From NCBI GenBank assembly GCA_963662405.2, contig CAXXKT010000001.1:256001-320000 (forward strand): 64,000 nt of DNA. The letters are read 5' to 3'. The notes beneath the pieces were generated by a model, which searched no databases, was not told the DNA's origin, and saw nothing but the letters and a program-made list of their open reading frames with translations. Of this stretch, positions 1-10,186 are shown in pieces (positions within the stretch are counted from its first letter, which is position 1; each line of letters begins with the position of its first letter). The DNA is from Syntrophales bacterium (GTDB lineage Bacteria > Desulfobacterota > Syntrophia > Syntrophales > UBA2210). A program made the position numbers and the translations under genes.

Positions 1-209
1 GATCGTCCCGAGGATCCATGCCCTGCAGGCGTCCTCATCCAAAAACCCCGCACGGAAGGATGCAGCAACGTCATGAGGTACAAACACGTTGCGTCCGGTA
101 TCGTCTTCTTTTCTTGCCTTCATTTTGATGAGTTCCGTTTTTCCATGCGGTTTTTATTCAACAAGTAGTGAAAAGCCGGGGTGCTCCGTCTCCGTACCCG
201 AAAAATCCC

Positions 210-608
210 TCAGGAAGGACCCGCTCGAGCTTCGATCTCCCTGATGAAGGGAAGGCGATCGCCTCTGGAGATGAGTTCGTTCAGATCGTCCCGTGCCTCT
301 CCCAGAAGAGCGCAGAGATTCTGGGCGGCGGTCCACCGAGCGGTGCCGATGTCGTCCCTAGTCATGGCCGGTTCGAAGTGCAGGCGGAAGCCGTTCATCT
401 CCCGGTAGATGGAGAATCCTTCCTCCCGGTTCATCTTCAGGTACTCCGCCAGTCTCATCACCGCTGGCCGGTGCATCCAGGGTGACGGATATGCGTTTGT
501 CATGTTGATCTGGTTTGTCTTGTTTGTCGGGGATCCCTTTGTTCCCCGTGTCTGTGATCCTTCTCTTTCCGTCTGTGATTGGTACTTTTTGAAGTCGATT
601 ATTGGCAT
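210..608 (-). CDS. Hypothetical phage protein
   Basis: GGAGG RBS before ATG (MPIIDFKKY). The longer 296-aa ORF runs through the iteron region, so its N-terminal extension is probably spurious. Confidence 0.55.
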   Translation of the reverse strand: MPIIDFKKYQSQTEREGSQTRGTKGSPTNKTNQINMTNAYPSPWMHRPAVMRLAEYLKMNREEGFSIYREMNGFRLHFEPAMTRDDIGTARWTAAQNLCALLGEARDDLNELISRGDRLPFIREIEARAGPS

Positions 609-679
609 GATTTCCTCCATAAACCGGTAAATCCGGGCTGCAGTCGTTAAAACGCTTTGATATCGCTTGAGTATTCGGG

Positions 680-990
680 TGGTCCAAGCTGGAATTGGCG
701 AAACGGATTGATATTGTTTGATTATTCGGAAAGTGGACCGGAAATGGACCGAAATGGTCCAAGCTAACTTTTTGATTTTATTGACTGGTCCAAGTGGTCC
801 AAGTACTTTTCTATAAAATAGATTTATAAAATTGTAAGAAGTGTTCTCAACGCGCGCGCGCGCGTGCGCGCGCATGTGCAATATGTCAAAAAAGCTTGGA
901 CCACTTGGACCACTTGGACCGGGCCGCGAAATCATTACGGTTTTTTTGGAGGTCAGGTTGGACCAGCTTGGACCACCTGGACCACCCTGC
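680..990. repeat. Putative prophage replication origin with TGGACC/GGTCCA iterons flanking an AT-rich tract and a (CG)n run
   Basis: About a dozen TGGACC/TGGTCC copies, e.g. cttggaccacttggaccacttggacc at ~895-920. cgcgcgcgcgcgcgtgcgcgcgc at 851-873. Directly downstream of the primase-helicase gene. Confidence 0.65.
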
Positions 991-1096
991 ACCGTTTTCG
1001 CGGATGTTGTGATGCATGGCCGCCTCGCAGAACGGGGGGATACGGGGAACAATGGTGATTTGGTACCACACCGGAGTGAGAGATTCAAATGCTTTC

Positions 1097-3505
1097 TCAT
1101 GTCTTCACCTTCAGTCCCACGCCGCGTATCACCCGTTTCCGTTCTCCGGAGATGCGGGGACGGTAGATCATGATGTTGTTCACGGCGTTCTCGAGCTCGC
1201 GGAAGAAGTTGTTGTTCGACGTCGGCATGTACCCGTTCATCCCGCAGTACTGCCGGTACCGGCTGTAGATCTCGTCCTTGGCCACTTCCTCTTCACTGCC
1301 GGTGACGCACTCGTCCTCGACGAAGGAGAGGATCGGACTGTTCGATCTTCGGTATGACATGATGAGGGCGCGGGTCTCCTCGCAGTCGGTGAACCGGCCC
1401 TTCTCCATCAGTCTCCTGAGCCCGCAGAGCGCCCAGTAGAAGATCTCCGACAGCTCTTCTTTGAGCTTGTCGAAGAGGTAGGGATCCCGTTCGGGATCCC
1501 CCTCGAGGAACTGCCGTTTGAATCTGACCGGCAGGAACCGTTCGTACAGCGCATCGGAGGTGTCCTTGATGCGGGGCAGGATGTTCCCGGCGAATATCAG
1601 CTTGCAGTACGGGGCGAACTCGAAGTTGTCCCGGTGCTTGAAGGCGGCCTGGATGGGATCACCGCTGGTGATCGCCTTGAAGTAGCTGCTCTCGATCGCC
1701 TGGCTCCCGATCTCCGTGGAGATGTTCAGGAGCTTGTTGTAGAGCGACGATCGGGGAAACTCACGCTCCAGGTCCGGGAAGGACACGGCGGAGCAGTTCC
1801 TCCCGCCCACCATCTCCCTGAGGAGCTTCATGAGCGTCGACTTCCCGTCCCGGCCCGGGCCGTAGAGGAACAAACACTTCTCGTAGCGTGCGTGGCGCGT
1901 CAGGATGTAGCCGGCGAACTCCTGGACCTGGTCGATGACCGCCGGCGTCCTGACGGTTGCGTCGAGGTAGGCAAGGAACCGGTCGCACCGTTTCGGGGAC
2001 GCCGGATCCAGGGACACGGGGAAGATGGTGGTGAAGTAGTAGTCCGGATCGTGTTCCTTCATGTCGAAGGTGGTGATGTTCAGCATGCCGTTCTGCAGGC
2101 AGATCCAGTCCATCCGGTCGTTGACCTTCCGGCCGTGGGGCAGCGTGCAGAGCTTCCGCACCTGGTAGACGGCATCCTCGACCCGGGCCTTCTGTGATTC
2201 GGTGGCCAGGTGCCGTATGGCCGCGTTCTTCAGGTGGTCCTCGTCGAACTCTTCCCAGTACTTCCCGTTCCAGAGATAGATCAGCTCGGACGCCGGGTCG
2301 GACATGAGCCGGTACTCCGCAAGCAGCCGCTCCGCCAGGAGGCGGGCCTTGAATGAGTAGCGGTGGTTGACGCCGTGTTCGAAGAACTCTTTCACAGACT
2401 CAAGATCGCCCGGGGGAGGATGCTCTCCGTCAAGCACCGTCGACGTCGTTCCCCGGGTCTCGAACCGCGGTTTCTCCGCCGATTCAACCAATATCCTGAA
2501 GTCGTCTGTTGTCTTTCCGTGCCTGACGAAGAAGTCCGTCAGGTCCTGGCCGTGGTCGGCCGGAAAGCCACCCTGTTCGTCTTTTCCCATGAAGCCGGGC
2601 CATTGTATGACCCGTACCGACCTGGCCGTCCCTGTAAGGGCCTGGGCGGCGTACCGGGCGTACTTCTGTCCCGGGCGGTCGGCATCGTAGGCGATGACCA
2701 CGTCCCGGTCCCGGAAGGCGTCCAGCTGGTCGTCGGGGAACGTCTTGAGCTTCGTTGTCTGGGTGATGGCGTTGAAACCGTGCGACAGGGCGCAGATCGT
2801 GTCGCTTTCCCCCTCGCACAGAATGACCGTGTCTTCGGGGTGCAGGGGCCTGGCCGGGAAGAGGCGCGACCGGCCGGTGGACCGGGCGAAGGAGATGATC
2901 TTGTAGCGCTTCGCCCCCGGACGGTAGAGCCTGATGTTGACCAGGGTCCCTTCGGTGTCCCGTACGGGGACGGCCAGCCGGTCCGGGACCTTGATGGCCA
3001 CCAGTGCGCCCTTCTTTGTCAGGTAGTGCGTCTGGAGGCGGAGGTCGAGGATCTCCATCCACTTTTTTGACCATCCCCGTTCCTTCTCCATGCGGGCCAG
3101 GAGGTTCTCCGGAAGGGCCGGGAAGAGCTCCAGGGCGCGCTCCATCTGCTCGTGGACTACCGCAGGATCGATCTCTCTTTCCGATCGCTCCTGCGTGGTG
3201 TTCTTTGCTCCTCCTGAGGAGTCGATCGGGATGTCGAAGGTCTCACAAAACGTCCTGAATCCCTCCTTTTGGCCGTAACCCTTCACCTCGGACCACAGCC
3301 TGATCAGATCGCCGTCGGCGTTGCAGGAGAGGCACTTATAGACGTCTTTCTTGAAGTTGTACGAAAATGAGGGGTTCTTCTCACCGTGGAGGGGACAGAG
3401 GCCGTGCAGTTCGCCCTTGGCCTCGTCGATGCTCGTGACGGTGAACAGCGTCCTTGCGATCTCCGCCCGGCGGGCTTCTCCCAGGTATTTTGCGGCAAGA
3501 CCCAC
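1097..3505 (-). CDS. P4-family primase-helicase (CHC2 zinc finger, TOPRIM, D5-like SF3 helicase)
   Basis: CPLH...C..C zinc finger; CEGESD and AYDAD TOPRIM motifs; GPGRDGKST Walker A. Confidence 0.92.
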   Translation of the reverse strand: MGLAAKYLGEARRAEIARTLFTVTSIDEAKGELHGLCPLHGEKNPSFSYNFKKDVYKCLSCNADGDLIRLWSEVKGYGQKEGFRTFCETFDIPIDSSGGAKNTTQERSEREIDPAVVHEQMERALELFPALPENLLARMEKERGWSKKWMEILDLRLQTHYLTKKGALVAIKVPDRLAVPVRDTEGTLVNIRLYRPGAKRYKIISFARSTGRSRLFPARPLHPEDTVILCEGESDTICALSHGFNAITQTTKLKTFPDDQLDAFRDRDVVIAYDADRPGQKYARYAAQALTGTARSVRVIQWPGFMGKDEQGGFPADHGQDLTDFFVRHGKTTDDFRILVESAEKPRFETRGTTSTVLDGEHPPPGDLESVKEFFEHGVNHRYSFKARLLAERLLAEYRLMSDPASELIYLWNGKYWEEFDEDHLKNAAIRHLATESQKARVEDAVYQVRKLCTLPHGRKVNDRMDWICLQNGMLNITTFDMKEHDPDYYFTTIFPVSLDPASPKRCDRFLAYLDATVRTPAVIDQVQEFAGYILTRHARYEKCLFLYGPGRDGKSTLMKLLREMVGGRNCSAVSFPDLEREFPRSSLYNKLLNISTEIGSQAIESSYFKAITSGDPIQAAFKHRDNFEFAPYCKLIFAGNILPRIKDTSDALYERFLPVRFKRQFLEGDPERDPYLFDKLKEELSEIFYWALCGLRRLMEKGRFTDCEETRALIMSYRRSNSPILSFVEDECVTGSEEEVAKDEIYSRYRQYCGMNGYMPTSNNNFFRELENAVNNIMIYRPRISGERKRVIRGVGLKVKT

Positions 3506-3734
3506 TATAAAACCCCTTTTTCTCCTCCTGGAACGGCCCGAGTTCCCGCAGTCTTACCTTTCCCCGCAGAATCGGGGAAAATCGAAAATTGACGCTGAAA
3601 CCGCCCCCCAACAACCACTTTCAAGGGTTTCCTCGCAAGGGACGCCCCTTTACTTGTCCCACAAGGGAGGGATTCTTTCCCATACGATATGAATGGACCG
3701 GACAGGTTTCGATGAGACTCTTCAGCAGCGCGAA

Positions 3735-4955
3735 TCATAAAGACAATACCTCCTGCGCAAGGCGCTTTGTGCCCATGTCGATGTACTCATCTTTCAATTC
3801 GATCATGGCGGCTTTTCTCCCCAACTCCTTTGCCACATACGCCGTTGTCATCGATCCGCCGAACGGATCAAGGATCACATCACCAGGCATGCTTCCGGCT
3901 AGGATACATGGTTTGACAAGATCCGGAGGAAATGTTGCGAAGTGGGCTTCCTTATATGGCTGCGGGTTGATGATAAAGGCCAATGGATCACCGTCATCGT
4001 CTGTCAAAAGACCCTGCCATGATTCGAAGAACCAATCAGTGTTGCGTCTAGCCCGGAGAGTAACAACATCCTTTACCGCCGCCGAGAATGACGTGTTCTG
4101 TTTGTCCCTCCAACCCGGTCCACGACCGAATTTAGATGACGTTCTGAGCCCCTGTTCTTTCCGGCCCGTATCTTTTGTCACATTGTGATCTATTGCCCTG
4201 TGAGATCCCGGGCCATTCATCCAACCGGAGACGGGCTTTTGAGCCTTCGGGTTGACGCCGGGTGGTACCATATGCTCGAAGGATCGAGCGATTGTCTGTC
4301 CACCGGGACCGCCATCAGCATACTTGTGGTGATCTGATCTTCCTCGCCGCCCATACCGTGCGTGTGAATATGGTGATGCCATGATCTTTACCGATTCATG
4401 GTCGTAGAAGTATCGAGAGGACTTCGACAGGAGAAATATATATTCTATAAATTGAGCTGGTCTATCTTTACAGGATTCAGGCATCCCGTTTCTCTTCAGC
4501 CAGGGGCAGCACGAGCGTAACCACCAACCGTCTGCCTGGAGGGCCATCGCGACGCGGAAAGGTATCATGCATAGGTCTTTGGGCTTGAGTCCCAAAACAC
4601 GATAATCTGATCGCGGGATGAGGGCATTATCTCTGCGACGTGATTGTGTGGTTGATCGCGCTCCTCCTCGTGCATCGTTCCTGTTGCCGGCATACAAATC
4701 CCCCATATTCAGCCACAACGTGCCGTCTTTGTTCAAAACCCGGCGGACTTCACGGAAGATAGTCACTATCTTCTCAACATACTCTTGGGGTGTCTTTTCG
4801 AGGCCGATCTGACCCGCGACACCATAATCACGCAGTCCCCAGTACGGAGGCGAGGTTACGCAACACTGTACATATTCGTCCGGGAGGCTCCGGAGGATTT
4901 TGAGCGCGTCACCGTGATAGATCGTTATCCCTGCGTGGTCATAATAAGGCGTCAT
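3735..4955 (-). CDS. Orphan phage DNA methyltransferase (beta class, N4C/N6A)
   Basis: TSPPY catalytic motif N-terminal, DPFGGS SAM-binding motif C-terminal, HFATFPPDL. Confidence 0.9.
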   Translation of the reverse strand: MTPYYDHAGITIYHGDALKILRSLPDEYVQCCVTSPPYWGLRDYGVAGQIGLEKTPQEYVEKIVTIFREVRRVLNKDGTLWLNMGDLYAGNRNDARGGARSTTQSRRRDNALIPRSDYRVLGLKPKDLCMIPFRVAMALQADGWWLRSCCPWLKRNGMPESCKDRPAQFIEYIFLLSKSSRYFYDHESVKIMASPYSHARYGRRGRSDHHKYADGGPGGQTIARSFEHMVPPGVNPKAQKPVSGWMNGPGSHRAIDHNVTKDTGRKEQGLRTSSKFGRGPGWRDKQNTSFSAAVKDVVTLRARRNTDWFFESWQGLLTDDDGDPLAFIINPQPYKEAHFATFPPDLVKPCILAGSMPGDVILDPFGGSMTTAYVAKELGRKAAMIELKDEYIDMGTKRLAQEVLSL

Positions 4956-4962
4956 TCCCTCT

Positions 4963-5256
4963 TCAACCTCCCTCACACATCGACAAGGGGAGCAATTCAA
5001 CCGACATGATCACCCATCCAACTCTCAGCCCGTACGCCGGGCCGGGCAGGATAAAGATGATCCGCACAAGCATCTTCCGCCCGGTATATTCCAGTGGCTT
5101 TCCTTCTTTCATTTCCGCGCCGGTATTCTTTGTCTCCCGCAGGAGGATCAAATCGCCCGCCTGATAATCCCGATCGTTGTACCGGATCTCCCACTCCCTC
5201 AATCCCCGGTATGATGCCTCAAACATCTCCGGGTCCGTCTTTAATTCGTGCTTCAC
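4963..5256 (-). CDS. DUF3850/ASCH-like protein
   Basis: MKHELKT...EIRYNDRDYQAGD.I.LRE...YTGR pattern. Confidence 0.8.
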   Translation of the reverse strand: MKHELKTDPEMFEASYRGLREWEIRYNDRDYQAGDLILLRETKNTGAEMKEGKPLEYTGRKMLVRIIFILPGPAYGLRVGWVIMSVELLPLSMCEGG

Positions 5257-5635
5257 TGTTTTGCTCCTTCATTCCTCCCGAATCATTACGATCGAGATTC
5301 TGCAGGCCAAATATGAGCAATGGAATATCTCTCCGGTGTATCGCTCCATGGGTTTGGGTATGCAGAAAGTTGATGTTAATGACGTCACTGCCGTCCTCCA
5401 GTATCGCGAGGCGTATCTTCTCATGCATGTCCGTCCGGGACTCCTTGCCGGGGAAACGTACTATGTGACCTTTCGCAGGATCGGGAGGTGAAACATTTTC
5501 CCCTTGGTCCGGAGGACCGATGCGAACCAGTATCAATTCATCCGGAGGCTCTTTCATGTGTACCTGTGTTCCTTTCCCGCAAGCGGCATTGTCCCGGCCG
5601 TCTGATCCCGCATCTTTTTCCCGTCTCATCGCCAC
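5219..5635 (-). CDS. Hypothetical phage protein
   Basis: Co-oriented ORF filling the operon gap; start uncertain. Confidence 0.45.
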   Translation of the reverse strand: MAMRREKDAGSDGRDNAACGKGTQVHMKEPPDELILVRIGPPDQGENVSPPDPAKGHIVRFPGKESRTDMHEKIRLAILEDGSDVININFLHTQTHGAIHRRDIPLLIFGLQNLDRNDSGGMKEQNSEARIKDGPGDV

Positions 5636-5637
5636 TC

Positions 5638-6021
5638 CTACCTCCCCAAAAACATAACTTCGCGGGTTTGATTTCCGAAGGCCCTGGCCTCTTCAACGGT
5701 ACCCATAAAGACATCAACTCTCTCCTGGAACCTTTTGTTCATCAAATCATTGACCCTCCGGACACCAACGCCGTCGATGTAAACCCGTCCGCCAAGCCAG
5801 TGCATCAGATCCCGGGACACGGCGCAGGTCCACCCGGCTACCGGGTCCTCCATGGTGGCGGTGTGTCCCGGATCGCTGTTCGTCTCGCATTGCCGGTTTG
5901 TGTATGCCGTGACCGTGGCGGTGATCTCCTCGGTGGCGGAACCACCCTTCACCTGGTGTATGACGTACACCTGAGAGGCTGCCAGGATCGCAATGAATAG
6001 GACGTTCCAGAAGAGTTTCAT
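5638..6021 (-). CDS. 3D-domain (MltA-like) protein with N-terminal signal/anchor
   Basis: TVTAYT, CAVSRD, RVNDLM and RVDVFMG motifs. Confidence 0.8.
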   Translation of the reverse strand: MKLFWNVLFIAILAASQVYVIHQVKGGSATEEITATVTAYTNRQCETNSDPGHTATMEDPVAGWTCAVSRDLMHWLGGRVYIDGVGVRRVNDLMNKRFQERVDVFMGTVEEARAFGNQTREVMFLGR

Positions 6022-6446
6022 AGATCGTCAGTCGCACAGCCTTTCCCCGTCTTGAAAATGATGTCCTGCAACCCTGACTCGAGGATGGTGATCGCTTCGC
6101 TTTCGATCATACGGCAGTTCATGCCTGCCGCCGTTTCCAAGGCCTTATAGACCTCAATATCCGGGCCCTGGAAAACGATGGTAATCTTTTTCCCGTCACG
6201 GGCTTCTCTTATGGCTTCCTGGGCCTCGCTTGCCGCCCGTTCGGCTCTCTTGCTTTGAATTTCATCACATCGATCTTCGATGTCCTTACGTTCCTTGGCC
6301 AGGATTCGCTCTCGGACCTTCGCCAACGCCTTTTGTCGTTCCTCGTCTTCGAGGCCCCTTGCAGCCTGGTAGCACGTGCCGCACAGCCCCTTGGCCATGA
6401 TCTTGATTTCTTTCCGTCCGCAATTCTCACACGTCCCTGTCTTCAT
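6018..6446 (-). CDS. Hypothetical phage protein with CxxC..CxxC
   Basis: CENCG...GLCGTCY; ATGA overlaps with neighbours. Confidence 0.6.
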   Translation of the reverse strand: MKTGTCENCGRKEIKIMAKGLCGTCYQAARGLEDEERQKALAKVRERILAKERKDIEDRCDEIQSKRAERAASEAQEAIREARDGKKITIVFQGPDIEVYKALETAAGMNCRMIESEAITILESGLQDIIFKTGKGCATDDL

Positions 6447-7459
6447 GGCGTCCCTTCTCCCTTTTTCTCCTTCATCATCCACGGCAGATCATCGTGTGTC
6501 CTGCCGTCAAGGAGACGGCCAGCCTCATTTCTGCTCATTTTGTATGACAGGCTTTTGTCCTCGGATATGAAGTGTTTTGTTTTTTGAGCGAGCAATCGCA
6601 ACGATGGAATATGTTGCCCGAATTGCGATTCCGGCCTCCACTCTCCCCATTGCTTGAAGAAGAAAGGGATATTCGCAGCCGCGCACTGGTCACGAACGGA
6701 CCGAACCCAATCGGGGTGGATCGGCCTTGCACCCGGCCCTGTCTCTCCGCCGAGGATGACGGCGTGAGGACGATTGAAAACAAAATTTCCGATTATGGGA
6801 AGGATATCGACAGCCGATAAAAGCGGTTCAAGGTTAAGGAATGTCTTCCCCGGTATTTTTGAGAAATATGCGCCGTTTTCTTCTACCTCCCGCTGATTGC
6901 ATATGGTGATGCCGAAGTAGACATGGGGGCTTGGCCACAGGGAGAGACGCTCTTTCCCCTGGAATCGATGCTCCGTTGTAAGGGGTTCTTGTTCAAATCC
7001 GACAATAATCCCGTCTCCACCATATCCGTCAGGAGGATGCCCGTTATGCGTAATCCATCCCTCCCACGGTTTGCATCGGAGAAGAAAATCACACATTCGC
7101 TCGGGGCGTTTGGTAAGGAAGAGGAGGGTATGCTTTCCAAATCTTGATTCTGCTATTACTGTTGCGATCAACTCATCCGGAACAGCAGGATGAAACAGAT
7201 CCCCCATGCTCTGGACGAAAACGCTCCGATGTTTGCGCCAGTGTGAGAGCTTGTCCAGTTCCGACCGGATCAATTCGAACTCGACTGTGGAGCCGTCGAA
7301 CGGCCGGCCGTTGCCCCGGATAACGTTGATCCGCTCCGCGTAGCAGTTCTCGCAGCCGGGAGAGCATTTCGTGCAGTGATATCCTCTCCCCGACATACCC
7401 TTGCGCGTGTCCTGAATCGGATTGATCGTCTCGTCACACCACTCGATTTTGGTGCTCAT
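6443..7459 (-). CDS. DUF5131 (Gp37/Gp68) phage protein
   Basis: MSTKIEWCD, CSPGCENCYA, SMGDLFH, LTKRPER, GGETGPGARP, FFFKQWG. Confidence 0.9.
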   Translation of the reverse strand: MSTKIEWCDETINPIQDTRKGMSGRGYHCTKCSPGCENCYAERINVIRGNGRPFDGSTVEFELIRSELDKLSHWRKHRSVFVQSMGDLFHPAVPDELIATVIAESRFGKHTLLFLTKRPERMCDFLLRCKPWEGWITHNGHPPDGYGGDGIIVGFEQEPLTTEHRFQGKERLSLWPSPHVYFGITICNQREVEENGAYFSKIPGKTFLNLEPLLSAVDILPIIGNFVFNRPHAVILGGETGPGARPIHPDWVRSVRDQCAAANIPFFFKQWGEWRPESQFGQHIPSLRLLAQKTKHFISEDKSLSYKMSRNEAGRLLDGRTHDDLPWMMKEKKGEGTP

Positions 7460-7498
7460 TCAAACCTCCCGTTTTCGCCGGCTGACACCCCGGTTGCT

Positions 7499-7705
7499 CT
7501 AGGCGGTCCGGTCATCCTGTTTTGCCTCGATCTCAGATGCTTCCGATATGCCGCTTACCGCCGCGGCCAAGTGGCTTCCCGATCTGCGCAAGTGGTCAAG
7601 GACCTGTTCATCGGGGTCGTGTCCGTCCCTCTCTCTATCGTTGATCCTCAACACCGCACGGCTGAGTTCCATCTGTGCACACCCCAGCTCTTCTCTCCAA
7701 TGCAT
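7499..7705 (-). CDS. Hypothetical phage protein
   Basis: Small co-oriented ORF in the early operon. Confidence 0.45.
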   Translation of the reverse strand: MHWREELGCAQMELSRAVLRINDRERDGHDPDEQVLDHLRRSGSHLAAAVSGISEASEIEAKQDDRTA

Positions 7706-7729
7706 TGCCCAGTCCCCTTGCTGTATTAA

Positions 7730-8014
7730 TTATTTGTTCCCTTCTGCATTCTCCCTTTCCAACAGTGGAAGATCCCGAGGGAAAAATGATGTTTTGTGCA
7801 ATCTCCCCAATGCATCAACGTAGTCACACATCAATACAGGCTCTCGCATAAATCCGACTTCAACATTGCCGATGATGGTAGAGTGCCCGGTGACCAGCAT
7901 AGTGATGCCAAGGTATGTGAAGGATTCTCCTCGCTTCCTGAATGCTTCGAGCCTCTTGATAGCCTCTTCTTGCCAACTTGGTTTTCGTTCGGCTTTCTTC
8001 TTTTTCAACCACAT
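7730..8014 (-). CDS. Hypothetical phage protein
   Basis: GAGGAG RBS; co-oriented. Confidence 0.55.
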   Translation of the reverse strand: MWLKKKKAERKPSWQEEAIKRLEAFRKRGESFTYLGITMLVTGHSTIIGNVEVGFMREPVLMCDYVDALGRLHKTSFFPRDLPLLERENAEGNK

Positions 8015-8418
8015 ATTGTTACTATTCTCCTCGCCGTTATTCTCGCAAATGGTCCCGCTCTCCCTAGAGCATACAAAGCAGCATCAGGAACGCCCCCATC
8101 AGCATCACCAAAAAGGCGACACATCCGAGCATGCGCCGCCAGTTGCTTCGTGGATCCGGCATTTCCAGCTTCACAAAATAGCCTGATACCTTCGCGATGA
8201 TTTCCATGGTGTCTCCCTTCCTCACGTGTAGAGCTCACGCCGGGGAATTCCGCTGTCCGCGTCAAACTTACCCTGATCCCATGCCAGCGACATTTCCGGG
8301 GAGAAAAACAGGGTGAAGTGGCAGTTCCCCTCGTTCGGGCCCTGCTTTCCGCAGTCGTACCCCGCGTTGTATGCTTCCTCCAGGGTCCGGCGTTTCGGTA
8401 TGATTTCTGAGAGTGGCA

Positions 8419-8640
8419 TCACCGTCCCCTTCCTTCCGGGATGGTCCCGCCGTTCTTGAAAAAGTTTTCCAGAGGCTTGGCATTCCCACGGAGCGCATCC
8501 CGTAAACATCGGTCATAGGTCCGGGCGTTATCGTCCGGCGTTCCGAGAAGCTGAACCCGTCCCTGCTTGACCGCGTCGATTATCGGCTTCCAGGTCTTGA
8601 TTGTGTTTTCGAGGTGTTTTATTCGCTGTTCGAGGGTCAT
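8419..8640 (-). CDS. Hypothetical phage protein
   Basis: Co-oriented small ORF after an AT-rich spacer. Confidence 0.5.
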   Translation of the reverse strand: MTLEQRIKHLENTIKTWKPIIDAVKQGRVQLLGTPDDNARTYDRCLRDALRGNAKPLENFFKNGGTIPEGRGR

Positions 8641-8702
8641 AATTTTTTACGGGAAAAATAATTTTTATAATTAGTAAAAATTTTAAAAATTTTTTTGCGG
8701 TT

Positions 8703-8912
8703 CTATATTTTGTCTTCGTTCATCATTCTGTCGTATTCTCTCTCCCAAAAGGAGGGGTCTTGAGAAATTCTGGTCCCGAGATACAGGCGAATTGCCCGGT
8801 TGGCCACCTGAGAACGATTAAGATCCGCCTCAGCACAGTGATTATCCAAGATCGCGAGGAGAGACATGGGAACGGTGATTGAAATATTTTCTGTTGGTAT
8901 TTTGTTAGCCAT
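8703..8912 (-). CDS. Ribbon-helix-helix (CopG-like) DNA-binding protein
   Basis: NISITVP...LD......NRSQVANRAIR pattern. Confidence 0.75.
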   Translation of the reverse strand: MANKIPTENISITVPMSLLAILDNHCAEADLNRSQVANRAIRLYLGTRISQDPSFWEREYDRMMNEDKI

Positions 8913-9150
8913 TATTCAAATCCCCTTTCCGATAAGAGAAAAGCTCACCGACAAGCTGACCGGTTCGCTCCGCTATCAGGTTCTCAACCTTTGGGGACCG
9001 CTTCCGGCCTGCAATCACGTCACAGACATATTGATCTTTAACTTTGAGTTCTCTAGCGATTTCGGCTTGTATGACGTCAGCCGTGAGGAGGGCGATTGCC
9101 ACCCGTTTTCGTTGACCGTTGTGGATTTTCGGTGTAGTATTACACTCCAT
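8905..9150 (-). CDS. Cro/Ner-like HTH regulator
   Basis: QAEIARELKVKDQYVCDVIAG HTH; divergent from the cI-like gene. Confidence 0.75.
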   Translation of the reverse strand: MECNTTPKIHNGQRKRVAIALLTADVIQAEIARELKVKDQYVCDVIAGRKRSPKVENLIAERTGQLVGELFSYRKGDLNNG

Positions 9151-9224
9151 TAAGAATCCCCTTCCTTTTGTGGGTGGAAGTAAAAGTAAACTAAAAATAT
9201 ACAATCTGTCAAGTAAAATAATAC

Positions 9225-9743
9225 ATGAAAGAAGATATTTCTAAAATTATTGAGCGAATAAAAAAGCTCAAACATATCGATTCCGACGCTAAGGTTGCTG
9301 AATTACTTGGTATGGAGAGAAGTGGACTTTACGGGCATATAAAGAAAAAAACTATTCCATACAAAAGGTTGTCAGCTTTTAGTCAACAAGAAGGCATACC
9401 AATAGCGTACATTCTTTATGGTGAAGGTGCTCCCCACTCCTCTGAATCCTATACTCCAGATAATCACGCTCTCTCTCAGCACGAATCCCCTGTAATGCAC
9501 CCTAGATTTAATGAACTGATGGGAAAAACTATTAAAATCATAAACTCCCATTCTGGGTTTGCAAGAGTCCTAGAAACAAACATTGATGCTTTCAATTCTG
9601 CCCTCATAGCCATTGAAGATCTCGAAAAGACGAAAATGGACGTGCATAATTTAATGGTAAGGGTATCCCAGCTCGAAAAACTACTTCTGGAAAGACAGGA
9701 GGATTGTGAAGCGGAGGAGGGCTCTGGCGGTCAACTACAATAG
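9225..9743 (+). CDS. CI-like prophage repressor (N-terminal HTH, no S24 peptidase domain seen)
   Basis: SDAKVAELLGMERSGL...TIPY...YILYGEG typical of Phage_CI_repr. Confidence 0.78.
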   Translation: MKEDISKIIERIKKLKHIDSDAKVAELLGMERSGLYGHIKKKTIPYKRLSAFSQQEGIPIAYILYGEGAPHSSESYTPDNHALSQHESPVMHPRFNELMGKTIKIINSHSGFARVLETNIDAFNSALIAIEDLEKTKMDVHNLMVRVSQLEKLLLERQEDCEAEEGSGGQLQ

Positions 9744-10186
9744 CTGTACAGTGTATCATCCATTTCAGGTCATTTGAGCCGGAAGGGAGGGATTGAAAGT
9801 GGCCTTGATATATTGTCCTGAGTGCAAAAAAGACATGCCTGCCCCGACGGGAGCCTGCCCCCATTGCGGATTCACATTCACATCATCTGAAATATCTTCC
9901 CTTGTAGAACCAACCATGAAAGAGTTGAGAGACTTTCTACAAGAGAAAGCCGGAATAGATGAATTTATCACCATTGTCTACGGTGGCGGGAGTCGCCCTG
10001 GCGAGGCCAGGCAACTGGTTGTTGCTTCTTGTTCTGATGCTTATTTTCGCGTGAAACAATACAAAATCGAGAATGTTCTTTGGGCAGAGGATAGCTCAGG
10101 AAAAAGGATTACGGCCAAAGATGATGTCCAGGCTTTTGAATCTGCCTTCCCAAGATTTGAAACGCTTAGAGAGTATGCTGATTTAT

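Noticed and set aside
680..990. CRISPR array
   Set aside because: The repeats are 6-9 bp without unique spacers, and there are no cas genes
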